Positions 24,413 through 38,289 of a stretch of 64,000 nt of DNA are shown here, in pieces; position 1 is the stretch's first letter, and each line of letters starts with the position of its first letter. A program made the translations under genes and the position numbers. Below the pieces are notes generated by a model. The model had not been told where the DNA came from, did no database searches, and saw only the letters and a program-made list of their open reading frames with translations. Source of the DNA: Octopus bimaculoides (taxonomy: Eukaryota); contig NC_068988.1 of assembly GCF_001194135.2 (NCBI RefSeq), positions 26,354,722 to 26,418,721 of the forward strand, given 5' to 3'.

Positions 24413-26689
24413 GGGGTGTATGCGTATGTGCGTGTGTGTGCATATGTGCGTGTTTTAGGTGTATATTCTGAATTCATGATTTGTCCAATTGGAATACACA
24501 TAGATGCGTACTGTTGAAAGATCATTCGAATTTCTAATATTAGTATCTACTCCAAAGTAATAAATATATAGACAGGTTATAATTTAAATGTCGTGCTGGC
24601 GTTTCAAACTTTTAATTCGGTTAAGTAAAGGTAAGTATAAATCTCGAGAAAATAGCTAGCTATTTCCTAACTTATTACGTCTCACCACTAATTCTGACAA
24701 GCCGCTTGTATTGAATAAACTTATTGAATTTCTGTCTGTGATTTATATTGTGGGATGTACGCAACGGCTGATAGCCAAATAACGTCTTAGCGGTGATTTA
24801 GCCACTGAGGAATTATGATAATGACATTAACAACATCTATTGATACCAATTTCTTTTGAGATTTCCATAAAGCACAGCGTAACTAGAATCATTTTAGTTC
24901 TTTCGAAGAATTGTTCTTTAATAAGAATGAATCAACAAAAGGGTCAATGGAAATTATTGAAAATTGCAAGAACACGGTGATTTAAAGAAGTTAATGTCCA
25001 GAAAATAATCACTTAAGACACAATGGTATATTTGTAAATGCTTCACAGCTGCGTCTAGCTGTATTTATAAGAGTTTTAAGCAATTGCTGAACGGAAATTT
25101 CAGATCGGCTATGAATTGGAAAAGGACATAAATAGAATTCTTGAAATTTAATGAAAAGTTCTAAGTTTTACCAGATAATATTGTTAGCAGTACTATACGA
25201 ATTATCTGAACAAATATCGGAAAATATTTAGGTAAGGAATGCATTGCATTACCTCATTTACTTTGCTTCTGTTCAATAACGCTTATCTTTAGAACGTTAA
25301 AATATAGTGTACAGTTGCCAATAACAGCCAATGATGTAACACATGTACTTCAGCTAGAAAAATACATTTAAAGTAGCGAATTATAACACGCTGCAGTTAT
25401 CTGTTACTATTACACTCAATCGCCCATTCAAATGTATAATACAGGACTGACGTGGACAATTTAACAAAAACAAACCGTGGTAACCCGCAGCAAATATTTT
25501 AGAGATTAGGATGCGTTGACATTAAATAACATTAATTTAAGCAAATTGTAAGCCACTGAAATACAGACTATACCGTGAACTGTGTTCAATAAGAATATTT
25601 TGCATTCAAATTTTTCATAGCATTAATGTCTTTTATCTTATTTTATTATATTTCTTTTTTAGTTTGAGGCATTTTTTTACGAACAATTGCTTAATTTGCA
25701 AAGGTGTTATTCATTTTTACAGTCGGCTCTGATCATAGAATTGTGATATGAACGTTTAGGCTGAGGTAGGAAGTGCATAAGGATATAGGTAAAAAAGACA
25801 CATTATGATTTGTAGGTACAACTGATGCAGCTCTGAGAAATCCATATACAGTAGTATTAAAAGTTTCAGATGAAGTCATAATTACCAGCTTCATTTGCAG
25901 TAACATTGTAAATGCATAAGGAATTGTGGAGTAGCAAATATTTCAAAAGTAGTAGCAGTCTATCCTCAGTAAAGCAAAGAGATAATTAAAGAAAAAAGAA
26001 TTGGATGAAGCATCTAAAGCTACATATAAAGTAGATAAAGTCAGGAGACATGACAAATAACAATGGATATCTGGTTGAAAAATAGACAATTGCTAACTCA
26101 AAGAAAGAAGAACTTGGATATTATATACAGTCCCGTGACCGTAGTTTACCACTTATTACCACTTCATTCAGGAAGATTGATGTTATCGCAAAAATTTAAA
26201 ATACTAGCGTGTATTGGAAGTTTCAAATATCTGGACATAAAATTTTTAAACATAAATTATATCATCTGTAGACTTCAGTAAATTCTTTGATTACGTTCAC
26301 CGAGTCAAAATGAGGCGGATTCTAACGTGTATAGAATCTCGGGCACTGTCGTAGATGCAAAGAACATTCCCTATAAAGACTGCGCCGTTCACATTACATA
26401 ACATTATAACAATGCAGACTCTCCTGATGTATTGACAGAAATACTAAAAGCTGATTATCTGTACCATTTCCTTTTTTGCATAGCCTTGGATATTTCAATA
26501 CGAATTGCAACATCAAATGTAGGAGAATCGAATTTCCATATCGCTCCTTGAAAAATCAGTCGTCATTCTACAACTATTGCTTGGTCTTACATTTTCACCC
26601 GATTTTTGTCGGTGCACTTACATACAATCAGTTGATAGGTCTGATTCCTGTAAGGTTGGAGCATTATATAAGTCAAAGGACCACCTCAC

Positions 26690-26965
26690 ATTCGAGGCTT
26701 GTTTTTTAATTGTTATAAGTGCACAATACGTCCTTGTATGGAATGCTGTTGTCATATATGGGCAGATGCATCAGCACGGCACTTGGATCTCCACGACCAG
26801 ATCGAGAAGACAGTCTCTAATCTGATTGGTCCCTTTCTTGCTTCAACTCTGCACTTGTTGTCACATAGGCGTGACGTCGCTGTATGGGATGCGTCCAGAT
26901 GAACTTTCTTAGTTCCTGATCACGTTCTGCCATCTCACCTGACTTGAAACTCACAGCAGTTTCAT
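26690..26965 (+). mobile_element. CR1/L2-group LINE fragment (post-RT region)
   Basis: YKCTIRPCMECCCHIWADASARHLDLHDQIEKTVSNLIGPFLASTLHLLSHRRDVA matches the YK..IRP.MEY..HIW ... L.HRR.VA signature. Confidence 0.7.
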
Positions 26966-27220
26966 TTAAATTCTGTTGTGCTTCCATGAATCACGAAGTC
27001 TCGAACTTCCAGGCTTTCGAACTCTCTTCTTTCCTATTATTTTATTCCTTCTTATGACGGGAATTCTTTCAAGTCTAAAGGAATTTCATTCCTTTCGTCT
27101 TAATTTCTCCTTCTTAGTCAGTTACATTACGTGGTTTATCTCTTTGTTTGGGGTTTTCTATAAAATGCTTCTGGTATTGATTATGCAGATGCTATACCTT
27201 TTTATTTCTAATATTATCAG

Positions 27221-27289
27221 AGAAGATCAACGAAATAAGGAAGCTGCAAAACAGACTGAAAAGCACGTCAATGATAAGGAAAAAGGGAA
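27221..27289 (+). CDS. Best candidate exon, 69 nt (phase 2 to 2)
   Basis: Polypyrimidine CCTTTTTATTTCTAATATTATCAG|AGAAGAT...AAAGGGAA|GTAAGA, encoding EDQRNKEAAKQTEKHVNDKEKG. The length is a multiple of 3. No homology was recognised. Confidence 0.5.
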
Positions 27290-28356
27290 GTAAGAATCGA
27301 AATTGCATGGTCGTCGATGAAGATAATATCTGCAAAAGAAGAAAGAAATCTATATAATGACATCCAAATATAGATTTTTACAGTTGTTATAAAAAGCATA
27401 TTGATAAAAGCATTTGAATGCTAGACATTCACAATACACTGGCTAGGAAGGTAGCTAGAATATGTACAAAGAATTCGCGGTGCGTGAAGAAGGTTCAATG
27501 CGTTTTATGGGGCGGGCAACGCTTACTGAAAAATGTATTTTATAGAAAGTATGGTATTATTAAAAGGAGCCGTCATACAAATTAAATTTGTGGAGGTACT
27601 GTTGGCGAATAACTTATGAAATTGAATAATAGGAACCATGTAACAAGAAAAAGAAGCGTAACTTGTCGAATTAATTAGAGCTGCTGTTAGGGGACACGAG
27701 ATATGGAAACAAAATTGATGCAGAGATGGCGGAGGACGGAAATGTGGATACGACTCGTGAATCTAGTGCGAATGCGTTAGAAATGGTATCATTGTACAAA
27801 AATAAATGAATACATCCTTTGGTTCCCGATGAAGAAGATTGTCAGCTCCCATTCAGCGTTTGTATTTTCTTGAACACGATATCATGAATTGGGATATCTT
27901 ATTGGTTGAGTTTTCAATGGTTTTAGGTGTTTGAAAAAGTGACATGGACGTCAGTAAGCAGAAGAATAGGAGAGCGGATTATTTAAGGAAGATAGTATGT
28001 AAAAGGATATACATGGATTTAAATGTATGTGTGTATATGAGTATACATACGCACATACATATATACATGCATATATGAGTATGTATACGCACATACATAT
28101 ATGTCTTTGTATGTGTCCAGGTTTGGGTTTTTTCTGTGCATAATTTAGTTATTGTTTTAAACTTTGATGCCATCATCATATTTCTAGCGTTTAATAAATA
28201 GAACATATTTGTGGTGCATTTTTAGATTTATTTATTCGGTATGTTAGGCTTTCACTAATTCCAGCGTTGCTTCCTTATAATCTCCATTCAAATTTTGCAG
28301 AATGAAAGAAATATGATTCTATGACAATAGGAAACGTATATTGTGTACAGTATATG

Positions 28357-28462
<106 letters not shown>

Positions 28463-29126
28463 CTTTTATGTATGCATGTATATATATTCTGTTGCCTCTT
28501 CTTTAAATCGTGTAAAACATGATTAGTTCAAATCTTTGTGTTCTCGAATATTACGTAAGCGTTTTTCAGATTAAGTATATGCTACGTTTCGAAAAGAATT
28601 CCAATACTACTCATCATATCTGTCATATTGACGTCTTAATTTCAACATTTATTTCCAAATCTCTTATTTGAATGATACGAGGACCACCATTTTCTTTCAT
28701 ATTTATGAAAGAAAAAAAATGAAAGAGAGTGTTAAATAATATTTTCAAAATTTATTCAATTACATTGCGTTTAATGCTTGTCAAGATATGATCCTTTCAA
28801 AGCGTTAAAACACGCGAAAAAATTTATCGTTTCTTTTCAAATTTCATTTAGGAATTGAGTAAAAATTTTGCACTTATATCAGTTCTTTCAATCCTTTCTA
28901 AATATCAGTTGAATATTAGAATTATCATGCAAAATATTTATTATTAAGAAATCAAAAATAGTGATATATATTCACAAAATGTTGCTGAGTGTAATGAGAA
29001 AATATAAAGCAATTATAAACAGTATAAGTCAATCGATTTGCAAGTCAATACAAATTCATGAAATCGATGATGTACAACCGCGCACACAAATACACAACGA
29101 TAACTGTGTGTGCCGACTGAAACGAT

Positions 29127-29160
<34 letters not shown>

Positions 29161-29231
29161 ATATATCTACATACATATATACATAAATATATATATGTAT
29201 ATATATATATATACTTATATATATGTTTATA

Positions 29232-29295
<64 letters not shown>

Positions 29296-29336
29296 TATAC
29301 ATATATAATATATATATATACAAACACACATATACA

Positions 29337-29389
<53 letters not shown>

Positions 29390-29459
29390 GAACATGTATG
29401 TATGTATGTATGTATGCATGTATGCATGCATGTATGTATGTATATACACATATTAAAGG

Positions 29460-29790
29460 TTGTGAAGATTTCCTCTATCGAAGTACGATAAGCTATCAGT
29501 AAGTGATAATGAGCCTTTAGTCTCTCATGCCAGCGATACGGTGAATACGTCAGACGCTGGATGATCGACAAGGCCGAAGAGTCCTAGAACAATAGCTTAA
29601 AGCTTATTGTGGCCAAATGGAAGATCTTTACCATCAGACAACGGTTGCTGGTCGACAAGCAAGTTAGCTGCTCCTGTGGTGTAGCTTCATCATAAAATAT
29701 GCTCGTTGTGCTCTGGTACGTCATTTGATACAGAACGTGAGGGATCAGAGAGGCAGTCGATGACACCAACAGATCTACAATAAATACTGC
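29460..29790 (+). mobile_element. Possible ancient LINE RT remnant
   Basis: GC-richer island whose stop-riddled frame includes SLKLIV...RQRLLVDKQVSCSCGV and AVDDT, loosely resembling RT motifs. Confidence 0.2.
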
Positions 29791-31374
29791 AAGGTGATGC
29801 TGTCAACTCAATCCATATTATGGAAATTATATTGGTTGGAAAATAATGGAAACTGCTCGTTAAATTGCAGTTTTATCATTTAATACAAAATTGGGCCTCT
29901 TTGGCGTAAAGCACAAATACGTGGGTAATTTTGATGATTTCTCTAATGAAATATACGTTAATTCTTTTGGCGATGAAGGTAGAGTTAACTGACTTCCGAT
30001 TTGCTCCTCCGAAATACTCGATAATTTGTCGACTATATTTAAGTTCGATGGTTAAGAAGGATAATCTAATTATTTGAATTCCGTCCGTGCACTTTGTACT
30101 AATTTTGAGATACATTAGCCGTGTGAATCTTCACAGTGGAATTTGAAGAGAAACGGTAAAGTGCGAAATCATCAGAGAGCAACTCTTGTACCATAGGTTG
30201 GACAAGAGCAATGAAAATACATAGACAATCCTTGGCGTTATCTCTGCCATTAAGAAAGACTAAAAACCATGAGAATTCTGTAATAGAGCTGCCCAGATCA
30301 TCATAGAGTCACCTCCATTGCTCACGAGAGTCACTAAACGGTTCTACTTAAAACTTCTCAGGGCTGTCTCCAAACGTAAGCTCGCCTCGAAGTGCAGAAA
30401 AGGTTTTATGATATTTCATCGGAGAGATTGACATCCTTCTATTGAACAATTATCAAATACTGATAGCCTAAAACAATATTTCCGCTTATGAATGTAGCTT
30501 GGAAATAGAAGATCTTTAGCAATTTCGGTACTTCCATGGTATTTAGTTTTTGGAATCTACAGCAAACAGTTTTGGCTGACACAAAAAATAGCAAATAGAT
30601 AGTTTACCGCTGCTATCGCTTTTGCAACAGAAGTTCGACGGTTTTAGACAATGTGTTCCATGATACAATATTCCCTTTCTATACGCTTTTGAATCATGCT
30701 TGCCAGAGCTGGTGTCAACTTCGTTTTCGAATGCCACCATACTTTTAGAGTACGAAAAACTAAACAATCCTGCAGTTTCAGTGTCTGCAGCTACCACCAT
30801 TCTCCAGTAATGTCTCCTATTTCACACTCACTTAAGTGCAACAGTATAGCTAATTTAAGTATAAGTATATATGCCAAAAATGAAAAAAACAGAGGACTAT
30901 ATCATGACGCACAGGGTACGCATATGCATATGCATACAAATACGAATACAAATATATGAATACAAATATATGAATACACATATGAATACCAATATACAGA
31001 CTTGATTTATATTCAGGTTTAATTTTAACATAGTACCAATAGAAAAATATAATACCCAAAAAGTAATGTTTTCGATATTTTGCCCAGCTAGTGTACATTT
31101 TACGTGATGATTTCACTTGATCCCCTGCGTGTGTCTATGCATATATGTGTTTGTATGTGTGTGTGTATGTCAACGCATACACAGGAATATGATATAGTTC
31201 CACGAATCTAAATTTGTATATTTTTAAATCTATAAGGACCGAGTTTAGAAAAACGTTTTGAAAACGAGAACACGTAAATTACTATAAATAACCATTTTCT
31301 AAATTTGAGAGTTATCTTCTACCAACCGAATTCTACTAATAGTTGATTTCTTATTCCTTGAACCAAGAGAGAGT

Positions 31375-31510
31375 GGATTGAGAGAGCGTGGACAGAATGC
31401 TTTGCAGCATTTGTTTCGGTCTCTACACACTGCTCTACGGCTCTCTCGAGTTGATACTTACATTTAAATATTTCTGGGTCGGTAAAATTAAGCACCAGCT
31501 AAGAACTATA
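31375..31510 (+). mobile_element. Degenerate SINE family C
   Basis: GAGAGCGTGGACAGAATGCTTTGCAGCATTTG...CTGGGTCGGTAAAATTAAGCACCAG. Confidence 0.45.
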
Positions 31511-32487
31511 ACCGATTTAATCAAATATCAAGCCTCATAAAATCATGTATCGTTGTATCTATGCCAAAAATCGATATTCAATGACCACTAATGTCATAAC
31601 TAACGAAGCTCTGTCGCTCTCAGTTTTAATATTTACAACTATAACCCAAATAAACATTGTCGTTTACACTGCAAATGATTTTAGAGTAAATTGTATAAAA
31701 TGATTATTTCATTTACATTGCTTTAGGACACCAGTTCTTCTTACGTTACAGAATGAGGTTAATTCTTTTACTTCTCATTGAATTTTCATTGTACATTCAA
31801 TTATGTTTGCGATTATATCCATAATGAATTATTAATCCCTGACTGTGGCGGCTTCGATTCCAAAAAACAGCTATAATATCCAAGGAAAGTTACCGTTTCC
31901 TTTAAGTCTCTTTTATCGATATTAATTGATCTTCAGTTTATAAATTAAATCACTATTTCTTTTTTTATCGACACTAATAGCAACACTAATTAAATCTGTA
32001 CGTTCATTAATATTTCCACTTTAAGCAAACAAAAAGAAAAAGCGGGACGCCACAACGGTGTTAATGTGTTAGAAACCTGACACATGTACAACAATTGAAC
32101 AAGTTTAAGTGCTTTTTGGTGAAAGGAATCGACAATTTGAAAAAGAATTCCGACTTTAAATTACGTACTTAATGGAAAATTATTTCAGTTTAAACTTCGG
32201 GGTGTTAATTAAAATTGTAAATTATGAAATAACTGCGACTCATATGGTAGATTGTGTGTGATTAAACAGAAATGAGAAGAAAACTATTCGATTCTTAGAA
32301 GAAATAGCATTCAATTTTTATATGCGTAACGACATTGGAATCAATATTACAAAGGATATGGAGAATGAATGTTTATCAAGAAATAGTGTCATTAAATCAA
32401 ACGTTTTCTAGTCTTTGTGTCTGCACATACATGTGTGTGTGTGTATTTGCATGTATGTATGCATATACACACAATACATATACATGC

Positions 32488-32540
<53 letters not shown>

Positions 32541-32906
32541 CGAAAAGGAGACAGACGCTCAGTCCTATAAATTGTACACTCATATACACACACACAGATA
32601 CACACTAACATAAATTACCCCAGCAACCCCAACAAGCTCTACATTTTACAACTCTATACCAACAATTCCAGATGCACTATTATAAATACATAATACTCAT
32701 GTTTCATATTCAATGAATTTACATTTACGCAACATACTAATATGCTCACGCACGCACACACAGACACACACACACAGACACACACACACACAGACACACA
32801 CACACACAGACACACACACACACACAGACACACACACAAATATATTATGTATCTGTGTATGTGAATATGTGAATACATATATACATATGCATTTTTTTAT
32901 AAAAAT

Positions 32907-33000
<94 letters not shown>

Positions 33001-33244
33001 AGAAAGAGACAGACAGGCAGACAGACGTTTATATACTATTAAGAAGTTTCCTAAGGTTCGGCCGACTAGCATAGGCGAACCTGTCAACTCAGTTGGAAAA
33101 GAAAATATATGCGTACTCAATTAATGCTGAATTTACATCTCTCTCTCTGTCTCTCTCTCTCTCCTTTCCTCTGTCCCTCACTATCTTTCTCTCTCACTCT
33201 TTCTCCCTCTCTATCTCTGTATATATACACAATTTCCTTTTCAG

Positions 33245-33344
33245 ATTTGTAGCGAAAGGTTCCTGTAACGGCACACAGACGAAACGTCATCACATACGTC
33301 GTAAACAAAAGAGACGTGTACACAGAACACACCAAGGGAAATAA
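33245..33344 (+). CDS. Tentative terminal exon, basic peptide (phase 2 start)
   Basis: AATTTCCTTTTCAG|ATTTGTAGCG..., encoding FVAKGSCNGTQTKRHHIRRKQKRRVHRTHQGK*. The other two frames close early. Confidence 0.3.
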
Positions 33345-33612
33345 GCTGCACATATATTTACATACATGGATACATTATCTCTAATTCTTGACTCAAAATT
33401 CTGAAACTTGATCATTATTTTGTAAATCGACCTGAATTCTATGAAGAAATATAACGCAAGAGAAAAAACATATGTGCATACACACATAACAACAAACGTG
33501 CTGAAACGATTCGTGTATTTTGGTGTATTTTGCTAGATCAAAGCATACCCGTTACATATTTGAAAGTAAAACATTGTATGTGTTTGAACACTACGGAATA
33601 GCTCCTAATATA

Positions 33613-33996
33613 TTGTTGTTGGCAATCCGTCACTTACGACGACGAGGGTTCCAGTTGATCCGATCAACGGAACAGCCTGCTCGTAATTTTAACGTGCAAG
33701 TGACTGAGCACTCCACAGACACGCGTACCCTTAACGTAGTTCTCGGGGATATTCAGCATGACACAGTGTGACAATGCTGACCCTTTGAATTACAGGCACA
33801 ACAGAAACAGGAAGTACGAGTGAGAGAAAGTTGTGGTGAAAGAAGTACAGCAGGGTTCGCCACCATCTCCTGCCGCAGCCTCGTGGAGCTTTAGGTGTTT
33901 TCGCTCAATAAACACAACGCCTGGTCTGGGAATCGAAACCGCGATCCTAAGATCGCGAACCCGCTGCCCTAACCGCTGGGCCATTGCGCCTCCACA
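33613..33996 (-). mobile_element. SINE family B, full length
   Basis: Reverse complement of the element at 8663-9049, including the (CAA)n tail. Confidence 0.9.
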
Positions 33997-34021
33997 GCTT
34001 CTAATATAGATGGTGAAAATT

Positions 34022-34212
34022 AAGGTAGCGCGTTGGCAGAACTGTTAGCGCACCTGAAAAAAATGCTTAACGACACCTCTTCTGACTCTATTTTCTGAGT
34101 TCAAACGGTATGAGTTCAAACTGTGCGTTTCATCCTTTCGAAGTCGATAAAATAAGTAATCGATTTATCCCCTTCCCAGAAACTATTGGCTTGTGCCAAA
34201 ATTTGAAACCAA
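34022..34212 (+). mobile_element. SINE family C
   Basis: GGCAGAACTGTTAGCGCACC...TTCTGAGTTCAAA...TTTCATCCTTTCGAAGTCGATAAAATAAGTA...GGCTTGTGCCAAAATTTGAAACC. Confidence 0.75.
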
Positions 34213-35084
34213 AGTAGATGATAAGATTAACAACATTTTAATGATTTAATGAAAGTACTGAAGCTTGTTCATATAAAATTATTTTAACAGCTAGTGCGGT
34301 GGTTTGAATTCTACCAATCTTTCATTATCGAATTATAAAATACACTAAAAAATTACAAAAAAACATGGAGGTAAAATAGGTGAAAATAAAGAACGCTATA
34401 ATTTAACTGTCTGTTTCTGCGATTCATAAATAAAGGCAACGGTTATAACAGTTGTTGATTAAATCCAATACAACCTTAACTATATAAGTGGTAGAACGCT
34501 ACAGAAATAAATCAATGTTATGTAAATTATTTTCCATCGCTTGCATTATAAGCAAATTTATTCTTCTACTGTCTGTCTTTGTGAGAGTTTTCCCCCACTA
34601 TACTTGGCAAAAGACCTTCATTGATAATATAAATATTTTATGCAAACGACGACACAAAACACTGGACGATTAAAAATTTACAGCATTTGTCAGCCGCAAT
34701 TGATCAGATGACATGTGGTTTACAGATTAAAGCAAAATTATTCAAAGCAGTGTAGTTTTTAACGAAATAAGACGGTTGAATAAAACATACGAGATTTTTT
34801 ATAACATTTTGAAGTCTTTTGTGGAGACAGTATGTGATATACGCACATACATACATGCATATATATATATGTCGCCATTTTATACTTTTAATTTTGCGCA
34901 CACACATTGTTTATTTTACATTTTCTCGACTACACAGTATGGTAGGGTCAGTTGGACACCGTTTGTGAGAAAAACAGCACCATTTCGCAATTCATACTAC
35001 CACAAATTTGGAAACGACATGCTGTACGGGTTAGCATTTGCCCCAGAAGCTCCAATAGGAATACCTCAGAGTGATTGGGTGTGA

Positions 35085-35328
35085 AAGCCTTGTGAGTCTA
35101 TTTGGTCGACGGAAACTGAAAAAGCCCCTTCGTATATATATATATATGTATGTATGTATGTATGTATTTGTGTGTCTGTGTTGTCCCTCCACCATCGCTT
35201 GACAACCGATGCTGGTGAGAATAAGCAATAGGCTTATAAAGAATAAGTCCTAGGCTCCATTAGTTCGATTAAAGGCGGTGCTCCAGCTTGGCTGCAAGCA
35301 AATGACTGAACTAAAAGAATAAAACAAT
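35085..35328 (+). mobile_element. SINE family A, 5'-truncated with internal deletion
   Basis: AAAGCCTTGTGAGT...GGAAACTGAAAAAGCCCC, then (TA)/(TATG)n, CCATCGCTTGACAACCGATGCTGGTG and tail GGCGGTGCTCCAGCTTGGCTGCAAGCAAATGACTGAAC. Confidence 0.8.
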
Positions 35329-35859
35329 ATGTATATATGTATATGTATATATATANNNNNNNNNNNNNNNNNNNNNNNNNNNNNNNNNNNNNNNNNNNNN
35401 NNNNNNNNNNNNNNNNNNNNNNNNNNNNNNNNNNNNNNNNNNNNNNNNNNNNNNNNNNNNNNNNNNNNNNNNNNNNNNNNNNNNNNNNNNNNNNNNNNNN
35501 NNNNNNNNNNNNNNNNNNNNNNNNNNNNNNNNNNNNNNNNNNNNNNNNNNNNNNNNNNNNNNNNNNNNNNNNNNNNNNNNNNNNNNNNNNNNNNNNNNNN
35601 NNNNNNNNNNNNNNNNNNNNNNNNNNNNNNNNNNNNNNNNNNNNNNNNNNNNNNNNNNNNNNNNNNNNNNNNNNAGGCCCCATACAATACAGACATATCT
35701 ATATCGTTACCTTTATTTTTATTTATTTATTTATTATCTTATTATTCTTTACCTTGTTATCTTTATCTTATTTTATTTTTATTCCTTTTATCCTCTCCCG
35801 CACACACTCACTCGCAAAACCCATTTAGGATACATCTCTCATTACCTCATCCTTTATTT

Positions 35860-35990
35860 TATTATTACCTCCTCCTTAGCGAAGGCAGAGGTATTGTTTT
35901 CAGTCACGTTTGTTTGTTTGCTTGTTTGACCGTGGACAAGATATCTGAAGAACCGCTGGATGGATTCGGAAGAAACTTTCAGGGATGTTA
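35860..35990 (+). mobile_element. Non-autonomous Helentron/HINE-like 5' fragment
   Basis: TTATTACCTCCTCCTTAGCGAAGGCAGAGGTATTGTTTTCAG, then (GTTT)n and GATATCTGAAGAACCGCTGGATGGATTC. This short inverted repeat plus tetranucleotide tract layout is typical of HINE/DINE-1-like elements (recalled, not aligned). Confidence 0.45.
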
Positions 35991-37439
35991 ATTTAAAGCT
36001 ACAGAAAACGTGTCTAGTAGTAAACGTTGGGCTACATCATGTATGCAAGATGCATATGCGTGTAGGAAAATGTGTTATGGTTAATAAATTCCTTCAACAT
36101 TAGGTAAATGGAGGGACATATATGTTTCTCGACAAGAGTAATAGGGTCTGTATATTAGCAAACTTTAATTGCTCAGTATCCTCATCTGAGGAGCGTAAGT
36201 AGTCTACGGTGCATCAACTCACGTTACACTTCTTATCATTTAAAATTTAGGGCAAAGAGAGTAGTGGCAGAAATTTCACTAATCTGTGTACGAGGCAGTA
36301 TAAAACCTTATAATATTTTTAACGGTTTCTATAATCGAATGAGAACAGAACTCTGGAAGCGTAAATAAAAAGAAACTCCTATCTATATATTCTTATTTAC
36401 ATTATGTTTATTCCCATTAAAATATGAGCTATAGTATATAATAAGATTGTAATATATTCAAAACACCTTTATATTCAAGAAGAAGTGGCAAATGAATATA
36501 TTTTCCTAAAAGAAATTGAGGTGTTTCTGAAACTTGCGCATATTTGTAGAGAAATAAAATAGGAATTCAGCCAAAAATTATAAGACTGCAAGTAACAAAT
36601 ACCACAAAATACTCATCAGGGAAATCTAATTTGTGTGTGAATTAACACAAAGAACTCTGGAGACTTAAAATTTTGACGCAGATAAACTTGTAGTAGATTA
36701 CAAGGAAAGGTCTGTCTAATTAACATTCCTCGCTTATACACCATGGTAATTATTTATTACAGACGATAGTACTAACAAAACTATGTAAATAATTACCATC
36801 ACACATTAAATACTACGTCAGTGGATAAGAATTAAGTGATATATAAGGATTAAAATTTTACTTACCAGACAGAAATCAGACACGGATCATATTAGTGTGA
36901 AATAAACGAAGTGCATGCTACAATATTCATCTAAGACACAAATGTTTGTCAATCAAGATCTAGATTTATGACGATATAAGGAAACCAATGAGGTCTCTAA
37001 GATGGATTCGCAACATAGAATTTGACTGAATCTGTTTTCTTTCAACCATCGAACTGCGACAATGATAGAACACTATCTTGAAGAATTAATCAAACAAATC
37101 GACAATTGCTTTTTTTTTAAAAGAGTCTAATATTAATTTTGTAGGAGCCCTTGCTGAACCACTGAGTTACAGGCAGGTACACAGAGCAACACCAGTTTTC
37201 AAACAGTAGTGGATTATATAAAAAGACACACATATACATGATTTATTTATGTATGTATANNNNNNNNNNNNNNNNNNNNNNNNNNNNNNNNNNNNNNNNN
37301 NNNNNNNNNNNNNNNNNNNNNNNNNNNNNNNNNNNNNNNNNNNNNNNNNNNNNNNNNNNNNNNNNNNNNNNNNNNNNNNNNNNNNNNNNNNNNNNNNNNN
37401 NNNNNNNNNNNNNNNNNNNNNNNNNNNNNNNNNNNNNNN

Positions 37440-37538
<99 letters not shown>

Positions 37539-37544
37539 CGCGGT

Positions 37545-37690
37545 CTTCTTTTCCTTTTTCGTCTACAAAATGCACCGACAAAGCGTAGATAAGTTCGGAG
37601 CTACAGGAGAGCTGATTCACCCTAGTGGAACTGAACCGAAAACCGTGTGGCTGTAATGTGAGCTTCTTACCGCAGGCGTGCCTCGTCATC
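37545..37690 (-). mobile_element. Degenerate SINE family A head
   Basis: GCGGTCTTCTTTTC...TACAAAATGCAC...GGAACTGAACCGAAAACCGTGTGG...CTTCTTACC parallels 16-168. Confidence 0.55.
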
Positions 37691-37997
37691 AGTGAGATGG
37701 AAGCAGTGACTTCTGCTAATGTATCAAAATATTAGCGTCGTTATCCCAGTGTTAAACACCTCTTCAATCAGGCGACGTTTGACCACCATACATATAAAGA
37801 CCATTTGACTCAGGTCGTTGTTTACTCATATTTCATCGATTATATGTCATGCTATCTATTAATCAAGGAAAATTTCAATTACAAAAGCTATATACATAAT
37901 TACCATTACTTATTGGTAAGCGCCGACTCGGATAACTATTCCGAATGCTACATATGAACAAAAAAATTATTGATACAGATATAATAATACATTTAGA

Positions 37998-38177
37998 CTT
38001 TTGGCACAAGGTCAGCAACTTCAGAAAGCGTTAGATTGATACTTATTTTTATCGACCCTGAAAGGATGAGAGGCAAACTCGACCTCGCCATACTTTGAAC
38101 TCAGATCGGAAAGACGGTAGAAATACCACTAAGAATTTCGCCTGGCGTGCTTAAGGTTTCTGACAGCTCGCTGCCTT
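37998..38177 (-). mobile_element. SINE family C
   Basis: TTTTGGCACAAGG...TTTTATCGACCCTGAAAGGATGAGAGGCAAACTCGACCTCG...GAACTCAGA...CAGCTCGCTGCC. Confidence 0.8.
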
Positions 38178-38289
38178 CCCAAATATAATAATTAAATGCA
38201 TTAGACAAAGGGCACATCGTCAAAAATAGCATTACAGCGTTAACGTGAGTTATATGCGAATACATATATGTTTTATTTTTATTTTATTA

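Noticed and set aside
30543-30959. Overlapping 85-aa and 87-aa ORFs
   Set aside because: No recognisable domain or splice context. Lengths are within chance expectation.
34776-35084. 102-aa ORF ending YGRVSWTPFVRK...
   Set aside because: It starts in a microsatellite, ends in a SINE, has no recognisable motif and lacks a convincing donor.
35940-35985. CTGAAGA...GAAAC hammerhead-like words
   Set aside because: There is no stem I, stem III or NUH site. It is part of the HINE-like element.
36490-36625. TTTCC-CTGATGA ... GAAAC ... TA-GGAAA on the minus strand
   Set aside because: Core words and a possible stem I exist, but stems II and III do not pair.
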